Below are positions 49,001 to 61,600 of a stretch of DNA of 64,000 nt, in pieces. The stretch lies in contig CAWFSF010000006.1 in assembly GCA_963818475.1 (NCBI GenBank), positions 768,001 through 832,000 on the forward strand. Direction: 5' to 3'. The translations under genes and the position numbers were made by a program. Under the pieces are notes generated by a model. It had not been told where the DNA came from and ran no database searches. It saw only the letters and a list, made by a program, of their open reading frames with translations. This DNA comes from Nitrospirota bacterium (GTDB lineage Bacteria; Nitrospirota; UBA9217). The stretch's first letter is position 1; each line of letters opens with the position of its first letter.

Positions 49001-51441
49001 CTAAGAAAATCGTTTGAGCCTGAGCGAATTAGACACGACACTTACCGAGCTGAACGCCATGGCCGCAGACGCGAACATCGGGTTTAATAATCCCTTCGCA
49101 CCCAGCAGGGGATAGAGGACGCCGGCTGCCACGGGTATCCCGATGATGTTGTAAAAGAATGCCCAGAACAGGTTCATCCTGATGGTGGTCATGGTGCGGC
49201 GCGAAAGCCTGATCGCTGTTGCCACGACCCTGAGATCGTCCTTGATCAGCGTGACGTCAGACGCTTCGATGGCCACGTCCGTGCCGGTGCCGATCGCGAT
49301 TCCCACATCAGCCTGGGTCAGGGCAGGGGCGTCGTTAATGCCGTCGCCGACCATGGCAACGATCCTGCCTTCCGCCTGGAGTTTCTTTACCGTATCCATC
49401 TTGTCCTGAGGGAGGACCTCCGCCATGACGCGGCTGATGCCAAGCTCGTTGGCGATGGCCTGCGCCGTGCGCTGGTTGTCGCCGGTGAGCATGACGACCT
49501 CGAGCCCAAGTTCCTTCAGGATGGCGATTGCTGCTTTCGAATGTTCTCTGGCCGTATCCGCAACAGCAATGATGCCGGCTGCCTGGTTGTCCACCGCCAC
49601 GAACATGGGCGTCTTGCCCTGGGAAGAGAGCCTTTCCGCTTCAGAGGTGAATTTCCCGAAATCGATCTTGCGGTCTGCCATGAGCCGCGCATTGCCCAGG
49701 ACAACATCCCTTTCGTTCAGCAAAGCCCTTATCCCGTGGCCGGGAAGCGCCTCGAACTCGTCGCTTTGCTGGAGCGTGATGCCCGTGCGAGGGCGGCCTG
49801 CACAATGGCCTCTCCCAGCGGATGTTCTGAACCTTTTTCCGCAGACCCCGCCAGGAACAGGAGCTCTTTCTCGCTCATGCTGTCTTTGATGATATCCGTT
49901 ACCATAGGTTCGCCGCGGGTGAGCGTGCCTGTTTTGTCGAGGACGATGGTGTCGATCTTCTGGGCCCGCTCAAGACTTTCGGCGTTCTTGAACAGGATGC
50001 CCGATTCCGCTCCCTTGCCGGTGCCGACCATGATGGCCGTGGGCGTGGCAAGTCCCATGGCGCAGGGACAGGCGATGATCAGGACGGCGATGAAGTTTAC
50101 GAGCGCGAAGGTGAAGCGTGTTTCTGCAGGTCCGAAGATATACCAGACGCCGAAGGTGACGAGTCCGATGGAGATGACCGTGGGCACAAAGATACTCGAT
50201 ATGTAGTCCGCAAGCCGCTGGATCGGGGCTTTAGAACCCTGTGCTTCCTGGACCATGCGGATGATCTGGGCAAGCATGGTATCGCGCCCCACTTTGGTCG
50301 CTTCGAAGGTGAAGCTGCCCGTCTTGTTGATCGTTGCGCCGATAACGAGGTCTCCGCTCTTCTTCTCGATCGGCAGGCTTTCGCCGGTCAGCATGGACTC
50401 GTCGATCGAGGAATAACCATCGCGGATCACGCCGTCCACCGGCACCTTTTCTCCGGGCCGCACCAGGATGCGGTCTCCGGCCTCGACCTCTTCGATGGGG
50501 ATATCGGTTTCCTGACCTTCGCGCACCACCCGTGCAGTGCGCGGCTGGAGTCCCATGAGCTTCTTGATCGCTTCTCCGGCCCGGGTCTTGGCGCGGGCTT
50601 CGAGATATTTGCCGAACAGGATCAGCGTGATGATCGTGGCTGCCGTGTCGTAGTAAGCCCCGCCGTGGGCTGCGTGCTGTCCGAGCAGAGCGGGGAAGAA
50701 GGTAAGTACCGCGCTGTACCCGTATGCAGCCGTGGTCCCGACCACGACCAGCGTGTTCATGTTCGTGCTCCCGTGTTTGAGCGAGGCCCAGGCATTCTGG
50801 TAGAAGTGTCGTCCCGCCCAGAACTGGACGGGCGTGCACAGGGCAAAAAGGACATACCACATGGTCTGCTGCGGCAGGAGGGTGATGCCCGGCAGCATGT
50901 CCTGAAGGCTGCCGATCATGATCATGAGGGAGAGGACCGCACTGAAGATCAGCTTGTTCCTGAGCGCTGCCAGCTCCTGTTCACGCGCTTCTTTTTCGAT
51001 ATCGAGAGCGGAGCGGCCCTCTGCCTGGGCAGGGAGGCGGAAACCCGACCGTTCGATCGCCCGCCTGATGTCCCGCAGCCCGAGCTGGCCGGGGATGTAC
51101 TCGACCTCGACGGTCTCAGCTCCCGCGTTCACCACGGTCTTGAGTACGCCGTCCATGGAAGAGACGATCTGTTCCAGCTCTTTCGTGCGCGAAGCATCGA
51201 GGTCCAGGACCGGGATCGTTATCCGGTCGATGACCGGCTGGTAGCCCAATTCCTGGATCGTTGAGATGAATCGGTCCAGGCCCACGGCAGCCGGGTCGAA
51301 CTCGACCACGGCTTTCTCGTTGGCATAGTTCACGTTCGCGGAAGATACTCCGACGAGCTTTGAGATGTCCTTCTGGATGGCAGCCGCGCAGTTCACGCAG
51401 GTCATGCCTTTGACGGGGATGACAGTTTTCTTAGTTTCCAT
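49001..51441 (-). CDS. copA: Copper-translocating P1B-type ATPase (frameshift near 49770)
   Basis: GMTCVNC metal-binding domain, [50 protein letters not shown]. Confidence 0.93.
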
Positions 51442-51968
51442 GGGAGCATATTACCACAAAGAAGGACGAGCTGCAAAATGAGAAGTCATTGGCCGATCTG
51501 TGATTAAAACGATGTTTGGAAGCGTTTCTTATACAATCGTGCAGAGCGCGACGGTTCGTCCCCGGCCATTTGGAGCGCGTTCGGGATCCACCATAGTGCG
51601 ATCAGGAGCGACGACATTCGTACTTTTCGTATGCTCCGCGGTTGGAAAGCAATAAAGCCCAATTTGCGAATGTATTGTACACGTAACTGTGCACCTCAAT
51701 CTGGAACTTTATTACCCTTAAATTACCCCGATTTAAAAGTGTTTTTTCCTTTACATGCTGATGACGTTATGTTACATTTTGCGTCACATTAATAAATGCA
51801 TTGTATCATTCGACCATTCGGGCCCGAAGCTGCTCCCTCGTATTTCAGAATTCCTCCTTGCCAGCCTTGCCGCACCATGCAAGAGTTGTATGCTCGCTCC
51901 ATTTAAATTTGAATATTTCCATATTATTACGGTTGCTACGAATATGTCGTTACATCCCGGAGGACTTC

Positions 51969-54900
51969 ATGACGGATCTCAGAATGCGAAATGACTTTGT
52001 AACGCGTCCCACGCGAAAGTCAATTGTGATGGTAGTATTGACCACTCTCCTGATGCTCCTGCCGGTTTTTACCACAAACGTATTCGCCAGCCCGCCATCT
52101 GTTTTAATTACTTCACCGACAGCAACCCTCGGGAACAATAATACTCCGTTGCTCTCTTACAGTGTCAGTGACGGTATAACAACCGTCAAGGTAGATGGCG
52201 TCGTTGTATCAAAGGTCTCTGGAGACAATCTTGATGCGCTGCCCGACGGCCCACATACCGTCCATGTGGAGGCTACGAATGCATCTTTAGAAACCGGTTT
52301 CGCAGAAGTCGCGTTTACTGTTGATGCCACGCCGCCGACAGAGAACGTATATATAAAGATAGTCGCCGGCACGTATCATACCGTGGCTATAAAATCCGAC
52401 GGGTCGTTGTGGGCTTGGGGAAATAACGGTAACGGTCAACTGGGCGACGGAAGCGTAGTAAACAAATATTCCCCTGTGCAGGTTGGGACCGATACAAATT
52501 GGGCGGCGATCTCGGCAGGGAGCGCACATACAATCGCGTTGAAATCCGATGGGACTTTATGGGCTTGGGGATTCAACGGGAACGGTCGCCTGGGAGACGG
52601 AACCACAACGGAGAGGACCGCGCCGGTAAAGATTGGGACCGATTCGAATTGGGCGGCGATCTCGGCAGGAGGTACATACACAATAGCGTTAAAGTCGGAC
52701 GGAACGCTGTGGGCGTGGGGCTATAATGGAAACGGACAACTGGGGGATGGTACGACTGTAGACCGGTATTCCTCTGTCAGAATTGGCACTGACAGCAATT
52801 GGGTAGTCATAGCGACTGGCGCACAGCACACGTTGGCCCTCAAATCGGACGGCACCCTCTGGGCATGGGGGTATAACAATGCGGGGCAGCTGGGCGACGG
52901 CAGCACCGTAAACAAATATTCCCCAGTGCAGATCGGGAGCGGGACAACGTGGACCTCCGTTGCATCGGGAAATAGTCACACCGTGGCCTTGAAGTCAGAC
53001 GGCACCCTCTGGGCATGGGGGTATAACAATGCGGGGCAGCTGGGCGACGGCAGCTACGTAAGCAAATATTCCCCAGTGCAAATCGGGAGCGGGACAACGT
53101 GGACCTCCGTTGAAGCGGGAACTAGTCACACCATGGCCTTGAAGTCAGACAACACCCTCTGGACCTGGGGGTATAATAATGCGGGGCAGCTGGGCAATGG
53201 CACCACGACGAACAGCAGCACGCCGGTACAGGTAGGTACGGGGATGATGTGGACCGCGGTCTCGGGAGGAAACTGGCATACCGTTGCCCTAAGAACCGAC
53301 GGCACCCTGTCCGTCTGGGGTGATAATTCTTATGGGCAGTTAGGCAACGCCGCCAGCGTCAACAGCGCCACCCCTGTTCAGATAGGATTTGATACTTCCT
53401 GGTCCATGGCCGCGGCAGGGGGTTCACATACCGCAGCTTTAAAGAACGATGGAACCTTATGGTCGTGGGGAAGTAACGGCAGCGGGCAGTTGGGAGACGG
53501 CACGACAACTCAACGAACTACACCGGTCAAGATCGGGAGCGATGCAAATTGGGAGGCGATCTCGGCAGGGCGCTTACACACAATGGCGTTGAAGTCGGAC
53601 GGGACGCTGTGGGCATGGGGAAATAACGGGAATGGACAGCTGGGTGACGGAACGACTATCAATAAAACCTCGCCCGTGCAAGTAGGGATCGCGGACAACT
53701 GGTCGGCTGTTTCAGCGGGGTGGGCATATACCGTAGCCTTGCAGTCCGGGACACTCTGGACCTGGGGGCAGAACAACGCAGGGCAATTGGGCGACGGCAC
53801 CACGACGAACAGGGCTACTCCAGCCCAAATAGGCACAGATACAACATGGACGCATGTTGCAGCAGGTCTTTACCACACCATCGCACTCAAATCAGACGGG
53901 TCTCTCTGGGCGTGGGGCATCAACTGGAACGGACGGCTTGGAGACGGAACCAGCGTTCAGAGACTTTCCCCTGTTCGCATAGGCGGCGAGACAACGTGGT
54001 CAGTGATCGCCGCCGGCGCGGCCCATACTGTTGCATTGAAAACGGATGGCACGCTCTGGGTGTGGGGCCTCAACGCCAATGGTCAATTGGGCGATGGCAC
54101 TACAACAACCAGGTTTGCCCCGGTGCAAATCGGGAGCGATGCCGTGTGGACGCATATTGCCGCGGGCGAGTATCACACCATCGCACTCAAATCAGACGGA
54201 TCCCTCTGGGCTTGGGGCAATAATTGTTATGGTCAACTGGGAGACGGCACCACCGCAGACAAGCATGTACCGACCCGGATTGGAGTTGAAAATGTGTGGG
54301 TGTCTATTGCGAACGGTCAATATCACACCGCAGCGCGAAAATCCAACGGTTCGCTCTGGGCTTGGGGCTATAACGCGTCAGGCCAGCTTGGGAATGGCGT
54401 AATCTCCAGGGAAACGACGCCGTATCAGATCGCATCAGGGAATATTGTGATCAACGACGGAGCGATTACCACAAACAATGCAACGGTGACCCTCGGTTTG
54501 ACAGCTCTGGATGCGAGCAATATCGCCGAGATGCGGTTTAGAAATGAGGACGCTGCATGGTCCGTTCCGGAGCCTTACGCCGCGACAAAGGCCTGGACGC
54601 TCTCGGCGGAAGACGGGACTAAGACCGTCTCGGTGATGTTCAAGGATGCAGCGGGAAACTGGTCGGGCGCATATGCCGCTGCGATTACACTGGATAGGGC
54701 CGCACCCGAAGTAATCATTACATCTCCTGCCGCGGGGACGACTAATAATAAAACGCCGCTTCTCTCATACACGGTGAGCGATGGCAGCGTTATTGTAATG
54801 GTGGACGGTGTTCTCGTCTCCGCGGTTTCTGGAACAATGCTCGATCATCTTTCAGACGGTGCTCATACGGTACGGGTGGAAGCCATGGATACTGCCGGTA

Positions 54901-57900
54901 ACACAGGAGTTGCCGAGCGGTCCTTCACGGTGGACACGTTTGCGCCTGTTATTGCTATCACCTCTCCTGCATCAGGCCCGACCGGACAGAACGCGCCGCT
55001 GCTCACGTATTCAGTAAGTGACGGATTGGTCGTTGTCAAAGTGGATTCAAATATTGTGTCCAAGGTCTCCGGAACAACGCTTGATCCACTCCCTGACGGT
55101 CCCCACGAAATCCTGGTGGAGGCCACGGATGAAGCGGGAAATACCGGTGTTGCCATAGCTAATATTACGATCGATACGGCCGCTCCGGTCGTGAACATAA
55201 GCTTCCCGGTGGCCGGTACCAAGATCAAGGATACCACTCCGCTCCTGTCTTACACGGCAAGCGAGGGCACCGTCGTGGTCAGGGTTGACAATGGTGCTCC
55301 GATTTCAAAAGTTTCAGGCGACAGCCTCGATATTCTCGGCAATGGACTTCACACGGTGCGAGTTGAAGCGACGGACACCGCAGGAAATATCGGCGTCAAA
55401 GAGGTCAGCTTCAGGATAGATACGAATTTAGCCTCCTATGACTCTTATGTCGAAGCTGATATCACGACAAACACCACCTGGACACTCGCCGGAAGTCCCT
55501 ATATCGTCACATCAAGTACAGTGCTCGTCAACTCCGGCTCCACCCTCACGATCGAACCCGGGGTGACGGTCAAGTTCAAAAACGGCCAAGGGATGAGCAT
55601 TTCCGCATTTCCGACCAATTTCGGAGCTCTGAAGGCACAGGGCACGGCAAGTGCACCGATCATCTTCACGTCGAACGATCCTGCGCCCACGCCGGGAATT
55701 GGGCAGGGATAACCTTCGGCAAAAGCTCCGCACGTCTTATCCAGCGTGCTCGATTACGTGACGTGGAGTATGGTGGCGGGGTGCAGTCTGGTGGTGTGTA
55801 CAGCTACGGAAATATAGCTCTGTCTTCAGCATCACCCACAATCACGAACTCTATTATTCAGAAGAGCTCGACGGCAGGGATTTATGTGGCAGGGATCACA
55901 ACGTCTGCCGTAATTCAGAACAACGCTATCATAAACAATGCGACCTACGGGTTTAATGACTTCTACGGTTCGGCGGTACGGTGATTTCAGGCAACACCTT
56001 CTCAGGAAACGGATCGTACCCTGTGCGTATCGAAATAAAACAGACAGGAAGTGCCAACACTTACGGGACGAATGGCATCAACGCCATCGAGGTGGTTTCC
56101 GGAACAGTAAACCAGAACGTTACCATGAAGAACAGCGGTCTGCCTTACGTTGTAACGTCCAACATCATGTTAATTCCACCTCGGGTGCCACGCTCACGAT
56201 CGAGCCTGGGGTGACGGTCAAGTTCAAAGACGGCACAAGAATGTCCATCTCCTCGACCTTCGAACAATTTCGGGGCTCTAAAGGCCAGGGTACGGCAAGT
56301 GCACCGATCGTCTTTACGTCGAAAAAATCCCGTGCCCACACCAGGCAAATGGCGCGGGATCACCTTCAACAGAAGTTCTGCAGGTTTATCCAGCGTGCTC
56401 GATTACGTGACAGTGGAGTATGGTGGCGGATTGCCATCTGGGGCCGAACGGCAACGGCAACATATATATCGTCTGCGTTTCGCCCACGATCACGAATTCT
56501 ATTATTCAGAAATAGCTCGACCGCCGGAATTCATGCGGCCAGTTCGTCGGCTGCGTTCATAACTCGCAACACTGTTATGAACAATACGACCTATGGTATT
56601 TATGTTTCCGCTTCTCAAAATTTAAAGATGAACAGCAACGACATTGTTAATAACGCACAGTACGGCGTTTACAATGCTTCTCATCACCGCAACTCGATGC
56701 CAAGAGTAACTGGTGGGGAGACCCGAGCGGACCCTATCATGTACAGCCAATCCGTCAGGCTTAGGCAATAAGGTAAGCGTTATGTTGACTTTTACGCCCT
56801 GGCTCGGTGTGAGCTACAAAATTGACACTATTCCGCCTACGTTCAGCGTGGATCCTGTTACGTCACCCACGTATACCGCGAGCCAGACGTTAACCGGAAC
56901 CATGGAACTTGATGCGGTAATTACGGTCACGGAAGATACCTCTGCTGTCGTGGGACCGGTGTACCTACCCGACGCTGACGACCTGGATCTGCACGGTAAC
57001 GGAATTGGTCCCGGGCACCAATACCCTCACGGTCATGGCACGGGATGCTGTCGGAAATACGTCGTCGGTTTCAACAGCAATATGGCTGGATGCGATAGCT
57101 ATATCATCGGTTGATACTAGCACGAATGTATTAAATACGGAAACGGCCGAGTCCTCGACTATCTTCTTTACGCTGAGCAGATCCGCTGATGCTACGCTCA
57201 AGATCATTTCCCAGAGAAGCAGGGACTCAGGCATGCCGGTGTACGAGTCCACTCAGAACTGTCGGAACGGCAGGACCATTTTTCTTTACGTGGGACGGAC
57301 ACGACAGGCTGGGCAATATCGTTCCTGACGAGGCCTATCTTTTCGTGATCGAGGCGTCGAGCGGCCTGATGCTACGCGACCTACAGCCCAGCTGCGCCCG
57401 TTTTGAATCCAACATACTGCAGACCTGCACTGTACGCAGGATTCCTATAATCCCTATACGAATGATCCCTTGACTATAAGTTATACCTTAGCTCAAGCCG
57501 TCGCGCGTCGATGCCAGCATCGCATGGGGACCGTCGCTCATTCAAGGTGATGGACAATGTAGCTCAGTGCCGGGAACGTATACGTTCAGACTGGGATGGC
57601 CACAACTCTGGACAGGATTAATGCTCATTCGAAGGCGCCAAAGCACATTGTTCTAGGCGTCCCTTCTTCCAGAGAAACTGTTATCCTCGTTTCAACACGG
57701 CGCTGTCGGTGGAAATTACTTCTCTTTTGCCGATCCGTTACGAGATTCACCTTTCGTACGGCCAGTTTACCCGTATAGGGTATACGCTTTCGCGAGATGC
57801 AAACGTTACCGCGAAATTAATTCTCCGAGCAACGCGTCCGTGAGTCTGATTAACAATGCAGTACCAGGCTGCGGGCGCTCATACGGTATGCGATGCCACG

Positions 57901-58060
57901 ATGCACCGTAGACCTGCATTCGATCTGACCGATGTAATGGGAAAGAAATTTGTTGTGTCTGAGGAAGGGGATTATACGATCTGGATGCAGGCGGTGAATC
58001 CGGTAAACGCGAACAAGCAAGGTATGTGAGGGAATATCAAGATATATCACTCAGAAGACG
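51969..58060 (+). CDS. Giant secreted protein: Ig-like + 14 RCC1/BLIP-II repeats + Ig-like repeats + right-handed beta-helix + FlgD-Ig-like domains (many frameshifts after 55700; end approximate)
   Basis: GGAGG RBS and a signal peptide ending VFA. 14 units of (AG..HT.A.KSDGTLWAWG.N..GQLGDG), four ITSP..TPLLSY.VSDG Ig units, two TLTIEPGVTVKF beta-helix starts, NWWGDPSGP, and C-terminal FTWDG.D..G..VPDEAY fragments. Confidence 0.8.
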
Positions 58061-58226
58061 TGTAAATGAACAACAGCGGAGGTTTTTAGTGTGAATATTG
58101 AACGTTTACCTGCGTCGATCAAGCTATTCACCAGGCCATTGCGGAGGTTTTCGTACGAGAGGCAATCGTGACTATAGAGCTATGGTTGAACTTCAGGTCG
58201 GCTAATGTCGTTATGCTGAGTGCACG

Positions 58227-58601
58227 ATGGTATTACGACCTGCTTCTTTTGCAGATATGCGATACAAAGTGGGAATGAACTATGCACTGCGGCAAGGCGA
58301 AGCATGGGAGCTTTTGCGTGGTTGCCATTTGTCCGCCCGAGGTGCGGATCAATTTCACGCAAGCCAAGCCACTGTTTGGAATTACCAGCCGGTACATTGG
58401 AATCGGGAATGGCATTGCAGTACTACTAGGCAAACAGTTTGCATGTTCAGATGGCAGGCAGACTGCACAGTCGACAAGTGCTGCGGCAGCACCGATCCCT
58501 GCTGCGGAAGCAAGGATCCCTGCTGCGGTGATCCTTTTTGCGGTAACCCCTTTGGTGGTAGTGCTGGCGGCCCCGATCCCGGTCCAGGTCAATGTCAATG
58601 A
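58227..58601 (+). CDS. Cys-rich small protein with CCGSxDP repeats (true start probably further upstream, near 58090)
   Basis: C-terminus DCTVDKCCGSTDPCCGSKDPCCGDPFCGNPFGGSAGGPDPGPGQCQ. GGAGG at ~58078. The N-terminal half lies in an error-rich stretch. Confidence 0.6.
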   Translation: MVLRPASFADMRYKVGMNYALRQGEAWELLRGCHLSARGADQFHASQATVWNYQPVHWNREWHCSTTRQTVCMFRWQADCTVDKCCGSTDPCCGSKDPCCGDPFCGNPFGGSAGGPDPGPGQCQ

Positions 58602-58657
58602 TCAAAGTTCCGTATAGATTCTCGATGATGAAGTGTGGTTTTACGAGGAGGATTTTC

Positions 58658-61600
58658 ATGCGCAGGAACATTGTGGTCTTATTCATTCTCTTTCTTTGTC
58701 TTGGTGCTTTGTCCCCAATGGCAGCCCTAGCCTTGGGCACTGATAGCACCGCCATTAATACGCCTACCGACACCGACGACATCGCCGCCTGCGCAGACGA
58801 TCCTGCACCCAGCATGAACGGCCACATCCCCGGCCTTGCCGGCAAACCCATCAACCTGCTGGCCGGCGCTGAAACCACCTCCCGCACCGATCTTACCATC
58901 GGGAACCTTTACCCTATCGCGGTTCGGCGGATCTACAATAGCCGCTCAGGCTACGACAGCCCCCTGGGCTACGGCTGGGGGATTAATTACGACCGCAGAC
59001 TCTACACCTACCCAGACGGCTCCGTCACCCTCAGGAAAGAATGCGGCTGGAAACGGCGGTTCACCTGGAGCGTAGGAGGCTACATCACCCCCCTCGGCGA
59101 AAGCGGCACCCTTGTCCAGAACGCTGACGACAGCTACACCTTCACCGACAAAAGCGGCGCCAGGGACATTTATGATCCCCAGGGCCGGCTTATCCAGCTT
59201 ATAGACGCAACAGGAGCCTCCATCACGATCACCTATACCGCCCAGGTCCGTGACGGTCTCATGGGCCTGCTGCTCTACAATGTCGGGACGACCCCGCTTA
59301 TCGTGGCATACGATTACAAGATCTACAAAATAGAGGAAAAAAACGCCTCCGGGAACCTGACCGGCGCACAAGTAACCTTCGCATACGACCTTAACGGCAG
59401 GCTCAGCAGCATCACCGACAGCAGAAGGACGGTTAACTACGGTCACGACAACATCGGCAACCTTACCTCAGTCACCGGCCCCGAGGCAAGCATCACCTAC
59501 GGATATACCAATCCCAACAACATGCATCTCATGACGAGCGTGGACGAAGGAAAGGGCGAGTATGTAAATACCTATACCAACGGACGGGTGACCAGGCAGA
59601 CCCACGGAACAGGCGTAATCGATTTCGAGTACATCACGCTTATGCAAAGACAAAGGTCACGACCACGATCAAAGACAGCTCCGGCGCGGTCCTGAACACG
59701 AACATTCGGACCGTAGAGTTCGGAGAGAACGGACAGGTCGTAAAAGAGACCGACACCGTAGGCAACGTCACGACCTATGCAAGAAACAGCCAGACAAAGA
59801 TCACCCGCGAAGAATACTGGGAAAACACGGGAACCGTTTCAGTACCGGTTCTTGTGCTCAGATCAGCCAACGATTTCACCTACGACACCTACGGCAACCT
59901 AAAGACCAAGACAGAGGCAAGCAAACCCAGCCCTAGCGACTGGGCTGCTATTCAGAAGACCACGACGTACATCTACCAGTATGAGATCGATCCGTTAGCC
60001 ACAGCTGCTACGTTCCACAAGCTGGCCCAGGAGATCGTCAAGAGCGTAGTTGACCCGAATCAAAACAAGATCGTCACCAACACCTATGACAATACCACCG
60101 GCAATCTTCTGACCACGACCGATGCCGGGCTTCTTGGCAGCGGCACGGCCTACTCCTATACCACGACCTATGGTTATACCAACGGCAAGCTCACGAGCAT
60201 CGACGGCCCCAGGACCGATGTGACGGACGTTACGAGCTATGCCTACGATCCCACAACCGGGTACCTGACCTCATTGACCCAGCCCATTATCGGCACAACG
60301 ACCTACAGTAACCACGACGCCCTCGGCAATCCCCGGAACGTCCTTGACCCGAACGGCAACAGCACAGCCTATACCTATGACGAAAACGGACGAGTGCTTA
60401 CGGTCACGGCAGCGGGCGACACCAGCCCCACGCAATATGCCTACGTCGCGGGAGGCTGCACTTCCTGCGGAGGGGCGAACAAGATCGATCATATTACCCT
60501 GCCGGAAGGGAACACCATAACCTACGGCTATGACGCCAACAGCAATCTCGCCGACATCACCGACAGTCTCGGCAACAGCATCAACTATACCTACGACTCC
60601 GAGGGGAACAGGCTGACGGAAGAGATCAGGGATGCGGGCAATGCTCTCCAGAAGAGCTTGAGCTACCAGTATGATGCTCTGAACAGGCTTAAAAGGACTA
60701 CCAATCCCGATGCCAGCTATGCGGAAAACTCATACGACTCCAGAGGCAACAAATCCGCAATCCGCAACCCGAATTCAACGCTCACAACTTACTCGTATGA
60801 CGCGCTGAACCGATTGCTAGCAACCATCCAGCCCGGAACGATCAGCACCGGCTACGGCTACAACTCGAATAACAACCTGACCTCGGTCACCGATGCCAAC
60901 AATAACGCCACCACCTACATATACGATGACAGGGGCAGAGTGTACCGGGTTATCTCTCCGGATACCGGCACGACTACCTATACCTATGACCCTGCAGGGA
61001 ATCTCTGACTAAAACCGACGCCAAGGTAGTCACGATTTCCTATACCTATGACGCCCTGAATCGGTTGACGACCATCGACTATCCGGCTGATACAGACACG
61101 GTCTATTCCTACGATACCTGCGTAAACGGCAAGGGCCGTCTCTGTTCCATGACCGATGCATCAGGAACGACCAGCTACGAGTACACGCCAAAAGGGCAGG
61201 TCAAAAAAGAGACCAAGGTAATCGACACCGTGACGTACGTAACGCAATACACCTACGACATGAACGGGAACATGAAAACCATGACCTATCCGTCAGGCAA
61301 GGTCATCACCTACAACTACACCAACGACAAGGCAGTAAGTGTTCTAAACGGTGCAGCCAACCTCGCATCGAATATCACTTACAAGCCCTTCGGCGGGATG
61401 AATGCGATCACCTACGGCAATGGCCTGAGCGGCACGATCGGATACGATAACCAGTACAGGATCAGCTCCATAACGGCAGGGGCGGCACTGAGCCTCAGCT
61501 ATACCGGATATGATAACAATGGGAACATAACAACCATTACGGACAGTCTCGATGCTACAAAGAACAAGAGCTTCACCTACGATAATCTTGACCGGCTTGG

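Noticed and set aside
3583-51441. Frameshifts in purE, argD, miaA, cimA, copA, mtnP, resB, ccsB and others read as pseudogenes or programmed frameshifting
   Set aside because: They hit many unrelated core genes as single-base indels, often in homopolymers, and both halves are otherwise intact. This fits long-read error better.
51445-51960. Riboswitch or ncRNA in the copA / giant-gene intergenic region
   Set aside because: I recognised no Rfam-like motif or convincing conserved stem by eye. It is probably divergent promoter DNA.
52360-54430. Regular ~150-bp DNA repeats as a CRISPR array or DGR template/variable repeat
   Set aside because: The repeats are in-frame RCC1 coding units without unique spacers, and there are no cas or reverse transcriptase genes in the window.
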